The notes beneath the pieces were generated by a model. The model was not told where the DNA came from. It searched no databases and saw only the letters and a program-made list of their open reading frames with translations. The translations under genes and the position numbers were made by a program. DNA of 64,000 bases from Pseudogymnoascus verrucosus (Eukaryota): assembly GCA_001662655.1 (NCBI GenBank), contig KV460290.1; one strand, given 5' to 3'. Below are positions 11,239-24,530 of this stretch, piece after piece. Within the stretch, counting starts at the first letter, position 1, and each line of letters opens with the position of its first letter.

Positions 11239-12456
11239 GAGGAGGGCGCTATTATTGGGGATGAGAGAAGAAGAAGAAGAGAAGTAAGAAGAGTAAGAAG
11301 AATAAGAGGTGGCGTGTGGAGGTGATAACTGATAACGTAGTGGTGGTGGGGAGAAAGGGGAGAGGGGATGTGGAGGAGAGCGGAGAGTGTATAGCTGGTG
11401 GTTGGTGCTGGGGACGTATGATGTACATCTATCGTATCGTAGTTGAAGAGTGAAAGCTTTTCTTCTCTTGATCTGATTGCTACTCGTGCTGTGGGCTTTT
11501 GCTTGATTGTTTTGGCGTTTTGAGAGGAGATATCCGGAAAGGGGGGGGTGGATGGATGTTCGGCGCGGGAGGGGGGTGGCTCTTTAGTAGGAGCTTTTAC
11601 ATTTTGTACAGTACAGTATGAACTATTTCCTTAGCTTTTGAATTTGATTCTGCTGTTTTGCTCTACGTTGCTTACTTCCCTTGGGGCGTTGGGAGTTTCT
11701 GAGTTGTGAGGGGGAAGGTAAGTTGGAATATGCGTGTCTTACTCTATGATGTGAAGACGAGGCGGAAGGCATCGAAGTGGTTCTCGGGGCGGGTGTTGTT
11801 CCGTTAATTTTACACAGTGCGACTCGACGAGAAATGGTAAGTGGACAGACAGTACAGAGAGAATGTTAACAAAGAATCTAGGTATGTATTATTATTAATT
11901 ATAGGCTTGAACACAGCTCGATATAGAAAATACAAAATTCCTTTATAACCCGTCCAATTTAATCATGCATTTATTCGCATCCATGTTGTAATACCCAACC
12001 AAAATAGCGTTGTGGTACGGGCCCCCTTGCTTTTCGTCGGTTGCTGCCGCAACAACACCACCACCCTCGATTTGTTGATCTCCACGTACCTGCCCCTCGC
12101 CCCGCCAAAGCACCTCACTACGTCGTGACACCACCACAAACCCAACCCTGGTCCCCGAAAGCACCTGGCGCGCCTCATCCAGGCCTCAAAAAATCCAAAC
12201 GTCCTGCATTGAAACTGCGAATTCTGTACGCCCTTTCAATTCTCCTACGCCCCTGACCTCTGCGTCTCGAGTGTGTTTACCTTTGCGGGACGGGAGTGGA
12301 TAAAGAAGGGTCTATTTACAATTTACACGAGCTTGCCTGCCAGCAAGGCACAGCCAACTTTCTCCGCTCCGAACGAATATCCAACCCCACACCTACCTCA
12401 CCGTCACCCATCCTCACACAAACACCCTCCGCCAACCCCCAAGCTCCATTCCCAAA

Positions 12457-14738
12457 ATGTCGAGCTTCATGGCAAACCTCTTCACGAGCTCGCAAGCCGG
12501 GAAGGCGCCCCCCAGCACCTCTTCAGACACCCTCCCCGCCCCTCCTCCACCCCTCTACACACGCTCATCCCACAACGACACCTACCCCGACCGTCCCTCG
12601 ACCCCTCCTACCAACCGCGCGAGCTTCATCACGCCCACCCAGACACCCCAGGGCAGCCCGTCGAAAAACCGCAACCCGCCCGGCGCAATCGACCTCCCCT
12701 CCGCCTTCGACGCGGCTATGAGACTTGCTGCCCCCGCTGCGCTGGACAGTCCCACCAAACTCAGCGCTAGCACACGCCCTCTCAGCCCGGGGAAGAGCAA
12801 CACCCTGGCGCCGGTTGACGATTCCTATTTCGCGCAAGCATCGAGCGTGGGCGATGAGAGTATCTTACATAAACCCGCCACGGGTGCCGGGGGAGTGGTG
12901 CCAGGAAGCCCGACCAGGAAGCAGGGGAAGGAGAATACGTCGCCAGCGGGGCGGTTAGGGGAGTTCTCAGCGGCGACGGTGACGGCGCAGAATCCGGCGG
13001 CGTTGTCGAGGCAGGAGATTTATCAGTTGAGGGATCAGCAGCAGGCGCCGCCGACGATTAGGAAGTATAATACGCAGCGCGGGCTGACGGCGGAGGAGCT
13101 GGAGATTCTGCAGAAGCCGAATGTGAAGAGGTTGGCGAATGTGACGCAGCTTTGTGAGTTTATTTTTAGGTCGCAGGGTGTAGGGTGGGGGTTTGGGAGA
13201 GTGTGGCTAATTGGAGTTGGCAGATTTCCTCGATTACTACTTTGATCTCCTGACGTATGTTGGGACGCGCCAGACGCGATTGAATCATTTCAAGGCTGAG
13301 TATCCGGCTCCGCCTGAGACGCCGGTGGAGACGTATGATCCCCTCTGGCATAAGTATACGGGACGCGAGCGTGCGAATTTGAGGAAGCGCCGTGTTCGTC
13401 TTCGCCAGGGTGATTTCCAGATTCTTACCCAGGTCGGGCAGGGTGGGTATGGGCAGGTGTTCTTGGCGCAGAAGAAGGATACGAGGGAGGTTTGTGCGTT
13501 GAAGGTTATGAGCAAGAAACTGCTTTTTAAGCTGGATGAGATTAGACATGTTTTGACGGAGAGGGATATTCTCACGAATGCTAAGAGCGAGTGGTTGGTT
13601 AGACTGCTGTATTCGTTCCAGGATGAACAGAGTATTTACTTGGCGATGGTAAGTAAAAATGCACAGCCTGGAGTTTTATTACTAACTATATCCAGGAATA
13701 TGTTCCAGGAGGGGATTTCAGGACACTCCTGAACAACACCGGCGTCCTGGCCAACCGCCACGCCCGATTCTACATCGCCGAGATGTTCTGCTCCGTCGAC
13801 GCCCTGCACCAACTCGGATACATCCACCGAGATCTGAAGCCAGAGAACTTCCTCATCGACTCCACAGGCCACGTCAAACTCACCGACTTCGGACTCGCCG
13901 CCGGCATGCTCGCCCCTGGCAAGATCGAATCCATGCGCATTAAGCTTGAGCAAGTTGGCGAGACATCCGTCCCCTTCGGCAAGCCAATGGAACAGCGTAC
14001 CGTCGCTGAGCGCCGCGAGGGATACAGGTCTATGCGTGATAGGGACGTTAACTACGCGAAGTCCATTGTTGGGTCACCCGATTACATGGCCCCTGAGGTT
14101 CTCAAGGGCGATGAATATGAGTTCTCGGTCGATTACTGGAGTTTGGGATGTATGTTGTTCGAGGCGCTTACTGGGTTCCCGCCGTTCGCTGGAGCAACTG
14201 TGGATGAGACCTGGAAGAACTTGAAGCACTGGCGCGAAGTTCTTAAGAGACCCACGTGGGAAGACCCGAATTACTTCATCAGCAACCGCACGTGGAACTT
14301 CATCACCAAGTATGCCCCCCTCCATTTCTCTCCCCCTTTAATCATAGCAACGACCCCTAACTAACAACACCACTCAGCCTCATCGCCTCAAAAACCAAAC
14401 GCTTCCCCAACATCCAATCTGTCTACTCGCACCACTACTTCGCCGAAGTCGACTGGACCACCCTGCGCACGCAACGCGCGCCCTTCGTCCCCGAGCTCGA
14501 CTCCGAGACCGACGCCGGCTACTTCGACGACTTCAGCAACGAGACGGACATGGCCAAGTACAAGGAGGTGCATGATAAGCAGGCTGCGCTGGAGAATATG
14601 GCAGATCGAGAGGGGGCAATGGGGAAGGCGCTGTTTGTGGGGTTTACGTTCCGGCATCGCAAGACGGGGGGAGAGGGGGGGGAGAGCCCGAGGAAGAGTA
14701 TTTTGGGGAATGAGGGGGGGTTTGGGACTATGCTTTAG
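12457..14738 (+). CDS. dbf2: NDR-family kinase Dbf2/Sid2 (MEN/SIN); exons 12457-13153, 13224-13648, 13696-14309, 14378-14738
   Basis: YFLDYYFDLL Mob-binding region, GQGGYGQV, HRDLKPEN, DFG, SIVGSPDYMAPE and hydrophobic motif FVGFTFRH. Three canonical introns keep the frame. Confidence 0.95.
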
Positions 14739-15744
14739 TGTGTGGTTGCTGGAGGATTGGGGATGCGGGGAGTATTGACCGGTTGGAGATGAGAGAGTCA
14801 CTTGGTGACTGGACGAGGGAGTCTTGGGCTGGGTGGGGAAGGAGTTGGGCGCATGCGTGCGCGCTAAAAGGGGGGATGGGGGGCTTACGGCCTTTATGTA
14901 TACCTGGCTTCTTCGCTTTTATGCATGTGTTTTTTTGCTACTCTTGCTGTCTACTATTGTATTAGGCGCTCTGTTTACTATTTTTGCGGGCGTGGTGGTG
15001 GATAAGCCCTTTTTTAGAGATGTTGTATCTGTTTTATTGGGGACTAGAGATCAGGGGATGATAGGGGGAGTAGGAAGGGTTCCGAGTTCCGAGTGCCGAG
15101 ACGGGCGCTGTGGAGATGATGGAGATCCGGAGATAGACAGAAAGACAGACAGATGTCTGTGTGGGAATAGAATCTTTCAAGATGAGATGTGTGCTTGTTT
15201 TCATACCCGTGGGCCGGGTTTCTGGATTAACTCGCTACCTGGTGATACGCAGTTCCGCACCCCCCCTCAGACGGAGCCAGGGACGGGAGATGGGGGTTGT
15301 TGTTTACGATGAATGTGCTGTCACGATATGCAAGAATCAGGTGATTTTATAAGTATGCAGCGACGGTGCGACCTGAGAATCGTCATCTATGTGTGCTACA
15401 AGGGTTGTTTTTGTGGTAAGTGGGGTTTGAATAGGTAATGAGCTGTGTGTGGGTGGGAGCTGAATGTGAGACTTGTATAACTGGAAGTGAAGCTGGAGTA
15501 GGACTTGTGGGTGGGATTGAAGCTGGAGTAAGATCTGTGATTGAAATTGAGGGTGGGAGTTAGACATGTCGACGTGGTCATAGTGGCGAGCTGGATTGTT
15601 CTATGGAGCTGGATTTGTCTATAAAGAGCTGGGGTTTCTGCTTGTTCTTAGGTTCCTCATCCGTTTATCAAATCGCAAACATACAGTAAAACTTTCAAAC
15701 TTCCCGATCTAAATACTACTTTTCTAGAAAAGAACTCTGCAAAA

Positions 15745-16856
15745 ATGGGTGCCAATGTTATCACCGAGTATGCATATCTGTCCAGGCCATCTTCGGAGAA
15801 TATATAGCTAACAGGATTACTCAACAGAGTCCCTACCGTCCCCATCGCCGCACCCAGCAGCAAAGCCCATGCCACCGTCGTCGTCGCACCTGGCGTCAAG
15901 GTAACCCTACCCCCTTACTCTTCTCCACTCACTTCAGGCAACTATTTCTTCCCGCTACAACTGCGTGGCCGTGCAGCAGCAGGGTCATGAACACCTGCTG
16001 AAACGCACATAGCCGTCTCCTACCGCACTTTCACACTCCTATTCCCCGACTAGTGTCGAGGTATCAAATACGCACTACTTGCTATTATGCACTGTGCAGC
16101 GCGGCTATTAATCCGCCAATCCATGCAACGCCGTCTTGGCCTCCGTAGATATGGGGGAAAATGCCCTGCCTCCGTTAAAGAACTGAGGGGCTGTTTTACT
16201 TGGAAGCCACGAGCATCCGTGTTTATCTGCCGCCGCGTGCAAGCCATATCCTGCTACAATGCTATTCCTTGGCCAGTGCTGAGGAGCTATGAAACAAGGC
16301 GGTGATTATATGCAGATGTGTAAGGTCGTCTCTCCTTCCGTCGTTACTCCCTAAGAACGCTGCTGCCTGCAAAAGGAAGCACGCACCGTTTTCCTGGTCT
16401 GAGGCGTGAAGTCACGCTGAGTTCATCCGCAAATGCATGCAGAGGCTGTCTGTCTCCCACTGCAATGTTCACATTATATTTCCTGAGCAGTGCCAAGGAG
16501 AACAAGCGCCATTTACTATTTGTGAGCTTATGCAGCATGGCGGTGTTCATAAGTCGAGCCTCTTTTCCTATTGTGCGCTGCCCAACGGGGCTATCTATGT
16601 CCAGATACTGGGACTTCTAGGCGGCTGTCTCCTACTGTCTTATAACTGGGCACAGGCATGCCTGTTAAAGAGCCAAGCGTGATTTCATTTCCTATTGTGA
16701 GCAGCGTAATGAACGAGGTTGCATTCGCCTGCTAACATACACGGAAGATTGTATCGGGTTGCCGTCTTGACTGCCTATGGTAGAGCGCTGTTCTTCATTG
16801 TAAGTCCGTCCCGCAAGACCCCACCTCTACACTGCCCATTCTCTAACACCAGCCAG
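15745..16856 (+). other. Possible unannotated spliced transcript (small ORF, pseudogene or lncRNA)
   Basis: TATAAA at 15620, AAAAATGG at 15741-15748, introns GTATGC..GCTAAC..CAG (15768-15827) and GTAAGT..TCTAAC..CAG (16800-16856). No long ORF. Confidence 0.3.
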
Positions 16857-18011
16857 GTTTTCCCATGCCTCAAGGGCTAACTCTCAATACACACTCATTC
16901 GATACAAGAGCTTTGGACTTCAACCCAGCCTCCCATCCTTAGCCGCGGTGCTCCGACGCAGTTGCGTGGAAAGCCGCAAGGGGTCGGGGGGGGGGGGTAG
17001 TTTAAAACACCAAAAAAAAACCAAATCCACAGTCTTTACCTCAATAATGTCTTTTTCTGGATGTGCATCTATCTGTCTGAAGTCCTAGTGTTGGGGTCGT
17101 AGAATTACTCGCTGTGGGTTGTTAGTCCACATCGGCTCCTCGTTCAGGGGTTACCCCAAAATCCACAAAACAGAACAAACTCTCTACATCACCACTCATC
17201 ACCTCCTTTTCCCACCCACTCCGTTCCCACCCACCCCTCATCACCAGCATAATGCAAAGAAGGAACACACAACATTATATCATAGAATTTGTTTCATTTC
17301 GGGTATATCACTAAAACATCATCCCCTCCCTTCCCCACTTTCCCCCCTTCCGCCTTTCCCTCCAATCCCCCTTCTCATCTCCCCCATCCCCTTTTCCCCC
17401 TCCCACCCCAACAAACTCCTTCCACCCCAACCCCCCGCGCAAAACAAAAACCCCAGCCAGCTTCGACAAGAACCAACAAACAACTACAGACAACAAAACA
17501 TCGAACAACAACAACAACAAAAAAGCTAAAAAAAAGATCAATCCCCCCGCCTCCCGTCCATACCACCACCAAAAAAATCCAAAAAGCAAAAGATCCGTTT
17601 CCCTCGTCTAACAAAAACTCCACGGTCTAATAAAAAAGCAAGAAAAACAAGATGAGTAAAAGCTTGGTGTGTTTCGTCGTGATAAAAAAAAAGCAGAAAA
17701 GTCGGACGGACCATGGAGCAGACATCATACACTGCGCCTTCCGGGATGCAGTGACACCAAAAAGAGTCCACCCAGCCAACCAGGATTATCCAGCCGTGAT
17801 GATGCATGTATGTCGCGCCAGCTTTCGTATAGCGCGGATAACCAGATCCCCTCCCTCCCTTTCCTTTCATTCGTCGATGATGATGTGTATTAAGCACATA
17901 AAAAAAAAGCCATGTGCGCGCCAGCCATCGTCGTTCAAGCCTAACGTATCCCCCCCCCCTATGACAGGGACGTCACGTCATGAAAACCAAACCCTCCGCG
18001 GTGTCTTCAGA

Positions 18012-21000
18012 TCACAGAGACATAGTAAGCCACTCCCACTCCTGACTCCTAGCACTCGTCCCCTGCCCCCCCGGAGCCCCCTGTCCCATCCCCCCCAAAG
18101 CAGCCTGTCCCATCCCTCCCACCCCACCACCGGGCCTCTGCCCTCCACCAAACGCCCCCGCACCACCACTAATCCCCACCCCCATCCCAGCAACACTACT
18201 CCCCAACATCCCCAACCCAGCCTGTCCCATCCCCATCGCCCCCTGGAGCGGTCCTCTGACCATCCCTCCTGCACCTGCACCTTTCTCAGCGGAAGAGAGT
18301 GACGACATCCCCACAGCAGACATGGTGTTGCGATCATCGACATCCATCCCCCCCCCGCCATCGGCAGCAGAGGCACTCTTACTATGCCTCCTCTGCCGCT
18401 TCGGCGGGACAGCAACGGCAACTACCCTCGGCACACCCACACCCCCAGCCCCAGCGCCCAAGCCAGGCGTACTCTTCGGCGGCGCCGCCGCAATAGGCAC
18501 CACCCCCTTCACCCCCGACGAACTAGTTGTACTCCCATGATAACTCGTCGGCGTGCTCCCCGCCGTGCTATTGCTCCCCTGCGCCCCCGCCACACTCTGC
18601 GGACTCTCCGAGTCGAGCGGTGCATTCGGGCTCGCGCCCGCGGACGCGAGATGGGTGATAGCAGCAGACGAGTTCTTGCGCGTGTTCGTCCCGTTGGTGT
18701 TCGCGCCACTACTAGGTCCCGCGCTGCCGATCTTCTTGACGTTGCGCGTGGAGGTGGAGCTGATGAGCGGGACGGCGGTGGTGGTGGCGCCGGAGCCGCG
18801 GTTGCGCTTCTTGATGACGTCGGTTTTTAGGGAGAGGGGGCGCACGACGCCGTGGAGCTTGAGGAAGAGACCGCAGGCGTTGCAGAGGGGGTGGCCTTCG
18901 GGGTTGCGCCGCCAGAGGGGGGTGGTCTGCGTGAAGCAGTTGGTGCATGTTGTAGGTACCCCAGGGTCAGCGGGCCCGCCGGCCGCGGAGAGGTTAGTAC
19001 TCGATCCCTTTGGAGCGGGGCTGCTGGGTCGACTAGGCGCGACGGAGCTGAAGCCGCTCATGTTGCCTGTCATATCCGGCGGGCTGTTAGGCGTGGATTG
19101 TGCGGTTTGGCCGTCGAAGATAGTTTGTTGTGCCGCCGGAACGTTGGGGGTTGAGGCCGTGCGGGGGATTTTCTGGCGCCGGTCGCTGCCATTACGGCGG
19201 TAGTCGGAGATGGAAGCGCTGGAGGCGTGGGTGTGCGATCTACCCAGGGAACCACCGCTGTCGTCCCAGTCAAGGGGGGAGATCTCGCTGGTGGTGCCGC
19301 CTATGGTGACTTGTTTCCGGGGAGGTCCGCCGGGGTACCGAGCAGCTTGCGTGTTGAACTGTCCGGGTAATGTTGCGTCCCATGCGAGTCCCATGTTGGC
19401 ATCCTCCATGGGAGAAAGCGAGTAATCGTTGGAGTTCATCAGAGTGCGATCAGCGAACGCCGTGCCCTCAGTCTCCTCTCCGTCAGAATCAACGTCGAGG
19501 TTATACGAGCTGTCCTGAGTGCCCATAGTAACACCAGGGGATTGCATGTTATCATGCTGGAAGACCTGCGAAGGGTCGATATGCTGCTGCATGCCAAACG
19601 CCCCTGAGCCGGTGTACGAAGACGAGTACATGGCATTGCCGTTCTGGTTGTACATATACTGCGGTCCCAGCGAGTTAGAGAGGTTCGACGGGTTACGCCT
19701 GAAGTTCTGCGGCCTCTGCTGCTGGCGCATATCCATTCCCTGGTTGAAATACATCTGCCTGTCCCCCTCATTTCCAACTTGCGGAGTCGATCCGGCAGAC
19801 GGATAGTTAGAGGCCGGCGGAGAATAGAAGTCGTTGGAGTTGAGCGATGACGGGCCCATTGAGGCATTATTGTACATGTTTGGGAAAGCCCCATACGGCA
19901 CCAATGGCGACTGAGACGGCGAGAAGCCGTAGTTCTGCTGGTATTGACCCGCAGAGTTCATAATCTGCTCCTGATCGAGGTTGTACGTGTCGAGGTTAAA
20001 AGGAACGCTGTGGTGGTGGCTATGCTGGTTCAGCATCCCGTATTGGTCGTTAAGTGAGTATTCATTGAGATCCGCATCCATCTCCGAGTGGTTCGGTATC
20101 GTGATTCCAATCGGCGGTACATGAGGCGAGAAATCGGCAGGTCTCTTGCGAGGCTGAGTGGGATGTTAGAACTGTAAAGCAGGAGGACATAGATAACAGC
20201 AACTGGGCTAATAATATTAAAAACACATACCCGACGCTCATCAATGCTCGTCTTCCTGACATGGCGCTGCACATAACTAAACTCGTCCTGGTGCTGCGTC
20301 ACCGGAACCGACTGCGGAGCAAACGCCGTCACAGGCTCCTTGCGCATCTTAATCGGTATGGCCGAGGCGACTGCACTCGGCTGTCTGTTATCCCTCAAGT
20401 CCGGCGGCGACATGTCCGTAGGCGACGCCATGTTGGAGAAGATGAACTCGTCGATACTCATATTATCCGGGCTCTCATCGCCCTGGTGCATCGAATTGCG
20501 CAGTTGCGCAATGCCACTCGGCGCACTCGCATTACGCTGTTCCTCCTCCTCACTACAGAAACCGTCAGTCTCAAACCCCAAATCACAATTGGCCTCCCCA
20601 TCCCCAGGAACCAAAAAACCTACCGAGCAGCCGCAGCCTCCTCCTCCTGCCTCCTCTTCCTCAAACTCATAGCCATCATGCGCCACGTCAAATTCTCCAT
20701 GCGCTCCTGATTCGGCAACTGCTTCTTCGTCTTGCTATACAGTCTCCATATCTGCGTCGCGAGCGGATCCCTGCGCTGCATCTCATCCGGGCTATCCAGC
20801 TCCGCCGCGCCACTCGCGCCGTCCTTCCACGTCGGGAATATCGTCTCGCGCAGCATCTCCTTGCGCGCCGTCCCAGGCGGTGGCGTCGTCGTCGTCGTCG
20901 TTGCGAAATCACGCCGCTCGCTGGTAATGCTATCGTCTACGGTCTCATCATACGAGTCGTCATACGTATCGCGGTACTGCTGATGCGGCGGGATCTGCTG

Positions 21001-21183
21001 GAGATTCTGCCGGCCACCCGGCGGCCTACGGGGGAAGCGGTAATCGTGCTGCGTCGTTGCGTGGGCGTTGGAAGAAGCCGTGGTCGTGGTGGCGGCGGAT
21101 GGGTGAGCGGCGCCACTGAAGTCGTATAGATCGTGCTGCTGGTCTGCGAATCCCCCACGCTCGCCATATTGCGTCGAGGCCAT
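18012..21183 (-). CDS. areA: GATA nitrogen regulator AreA/Nit2; exons 21183-20624, 20552-20231, 20153-18012
   Basis: N-terminal [36 protein letters not shown], zinc finger [50 protein letters not shown] and C-terminal EWEWLTMSL. Confidence 0.98.
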
Positions 21184-24100
21184 GGCAGAGGCCCGTGGGC
21201 GAGACGGAGCGCCCGCAGAGGCGATGGGGGTTGCTGATGCTCTCGGGGTCGGGGAGACGGGGGCTGCGCGCCCAATGTTGGATGTCTTGGTTTGTCGATG
21301 GAGGGAAGGCTGGAGAGTATGTGCGTGTGTGTTGTGTGTATTGTTGTATACCTTTTTTTTTTAGGTGAGAGGGGGGAGGCGATAAGGATATGGGTGTGGG
21401 TTTGTGGGAGGATTGTTGGAGAGAGGTTGATGGGGATGGATGGATGTTTCTGCTTTCTTTTTGCGATTGGTGTGGCTTGTGGTACTTTGGGGTTGTGGTT
21501 GTGAGATTCGGCTGACCCCCAAATTCGAGAGGAGAGTGATGGTGGATGGGGATGGATGGGGGGAACGGGGGACGGGGTTGATGGGAAGGATTTCCGAGTC
21601 CGGGCGGCGGGGACGGGGTTCAATAAATTTAGGACGGCGGTGGGAGGTGCTTCGGTACGTGGGAGTTGGTAGAGGCGGTTGGTAGTGTAGTTTGTAGTAT
21701 GGGTAGTAGGTAGTGTTGTCGTAATGGAGTATTTTGGTAATTGCGAAAGTCTAGAGGCGGCGGGATAGTTGGGGGATTGGACTTGATTGATTGGATTTTA
21801 AGTGGTGACGGGGAGGAGCATTGGACAATTTAAAATACAGAATACAGTGAGTAACACGATAAAAGAAGTTGAGTAAGTGTAAGTTGGAAGTTTAAGAGTG
21901 GGAGGAGTAGTAGAAGAAGAGGAGGGATGGATAGAGTGGAGTGGAGTGGGAGGGAGTGGGAGTGGGAGTGGGAGGTGGAGGGGGAGGAAGGGGAGGGAGG
22001 AAGGGTTGAGCGGAAGTTTGTTGGAGATGGGATGGGAAGGGAGGGAATGGGTTGATTAGTTAGTTCGACGTTGGTAAGAGCATGGAGTACTCGTACGTAC
22101 AGCAGATTTGAGTGAGGAGGAGAAGTAGAGTGTTAAGAGTGTTAGGAGTTAGCAGTAGTAGTAATCTAGTATGCAAAGTGGGCAGAGTAGAGTTAGAGTA
22201 GAAGTGTGTATTGTACTATAGTATTTTGGGTATAACGGTGAGATCCATCCCATCCCGCTCCGCTCTCTTTCTCGTCTCGCCTCGTCTACACGGCGGAAAA
22301 TATACCCCCGAACAAAAGACCCAAGAGAGATAGTCTAGAAGGGTAAGGGTAAACAATGGGGAAAATGGGGACAATGGGGAATGGGGGGTGATATTTCGGA
22401 TGATCTCGCGAACAGGACGAATACTATAGGAAGTGGAGGAGGGAGAGAGATAGGGTAGGAAAGGCATAACAGACGGACAACAGACAGAGAAGCGCCGCTG
22501 ATGAGCTTGTATGTGTGTGGGCTGGCTGTCTACCTAGCTAGACTAAAAGCAATAAAAAAAAGCATCTAGTAAAAAGCTGCCTGCCTGCCTGCTTACATCG
22601 GTATCCCGAGTCAAGTCCATCCCCCTCCTCCCACCCATCAGTTGCTGGCCGCCGTGCAACCCGTCCGCCAGTCAGTCAAAAATCAGGTAAAAAAACCGCC
22701 GCCCACCCGCCGCCTCCCCCTAAAAACCGCCATGGAACGAGCGAGGAGGGAATGGGAAGGGACTAAGGCTAGCTGTATTATAGAGGTACCACGCTATGGG
22801 TCTTGGAGGTCACTCGGGGCATAGTTTGACTGCGAGTTTGAGGTGTTTTGGGGTGGGGTGAGGTGGTGGGGGGTACTTGGGAGGGTACTTCCCTTAACAC
22901 ACGGAGGGGACTACGAATACACTACCCTTTGCCCACTTTACGATAGCCATCCTACTAGAGGGATGGGGGGATGGGTATGGGTATGTATCTGCCAGCCCAG
23001 GGTCGCGCATCACCTCTCGGGGTTAATTTACGATACCGTGCTGGGGGATATGTGGATGTGGATGTGGATGTGGATATCCAACAGTAGAGGGGTGGTAGTG
23101 CGCGAGACAGGAGGAGAGAGGGAGGGAGGGAAGGTGAGGACAAGATGGATGCACATGCGTAGAGTACAGCAGCAGAGGAGCGCGTGCAATGGGTTACAGA
23201 AGAGGAGGAGGAGGAGGAGGAGGAGGGGAAGGAGGGAAGGAGCAAATCGGGGATATTACCACATCCAAGCCATCCGCGACAATACAGTACTCTATCAATT
23301 CAAGCCTTTCATCAATGATCAAAGAGAACAGCTCAGCACACCCCTCCCTCCCTCCGGAGTATGTGTTCAATACCCCATGCACGTCGTATATTGAGGCTGC
23401 TTCCCTTCCAAGGGTATAGCAGTAGCGCACTTCTTCACTTCGGTCAATATCCTATCCCATCATCCCACCCCATCCCCCCCAAACCTTCCAACCATCCCAC
23501 ATCCCACCCACTTTCAGGGAGAGTAAGTGGGGGTGCAGCAGCACCGGCTTGGCTTGCAGGATACCTTCTGCCGCCCTCCCCGTCCGTCTAGGGTAGGGTC
23601 TGTCTGATCTGACCGGAGCTCGATGCCTCGCAAGGTAATATTGGAGAAAAAGAGGCGTAGGTAGTAAGGGTGGGAAGGACCCAGCGCGGAGGACCCTTGG
23701 CCGCTTCCTCGTGTGGGTACTGTATGTACTAATCTACAGTCTGTGGAAAGGGAAAGGGAAGGGAAGGGGAGGGAAGGAAAGGAAGGCAAGTGGGATAGTT
23801 TAGATTTAGTTTAGCCACACCCTTCGCCTCCCTCCCTCCCTCTTCCACCGCTCCGATATACCACCCACGCCATTGGAGCACCGGCTCGACGTCCGTCCTC
23901 CCCTCCTAGCCGACGGACGGCGGTGGTGGATGAGGATTTAAGGTGAATGAAGCCCATGCAAGTGCGTGGTGGCCCACCCACACCCCATGGAGCCAGCTGC
24001 ACGATCATGGTATGTGCATCGCATCGCCTCTTGTGTTGACGAGCATGCGACCCACGCCCGCCAACCGTCGCAGCGGCTGTTGTTATTGGGTGCTGCACAC

Positions 24101-24530
24101 CACTTGCCACCCCTTGTAACTTCGCCGTGGGGGTTCGCGACATCCGGAGGGGGGAGGAGGGCAGCGAAACACTATTTGGAAAGATAGACAACCCACCCTA
24201 GTGTGAAGGCAGTACTTCGGTTCTGTAGCAAGCAAGCAAGCAGAGACACGGTTTTATGATACTTCGTATAATAACGGCAGTAAACCGGCATTGCTGCCTG
24301 CCCTCTATCCGGTTGGTTAAAAGGGGATTTTTCTTCTTGGCCTGCAGCACCTGGCTGGCTGTTTCTTACGGCTGAAGAGAGAGAGACAGACGTGCAGCTC
24401 TTCGATACAAAACCGCTATTTGTCGCGGGATGATTTGATTCGAAAACTGTCGAACCTACCCCCCCGAATTCCCAGTTCTAGAAACGATACTTCCGTACTA
24501 GCAGTTGCAGCAAGCAAAAGTACCTTCGCC

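Noticed and set aside
18299..19806. Several long antisense ORFs over areA
   Set aside because: Shadow ORFs of a GC-rich coding strand.
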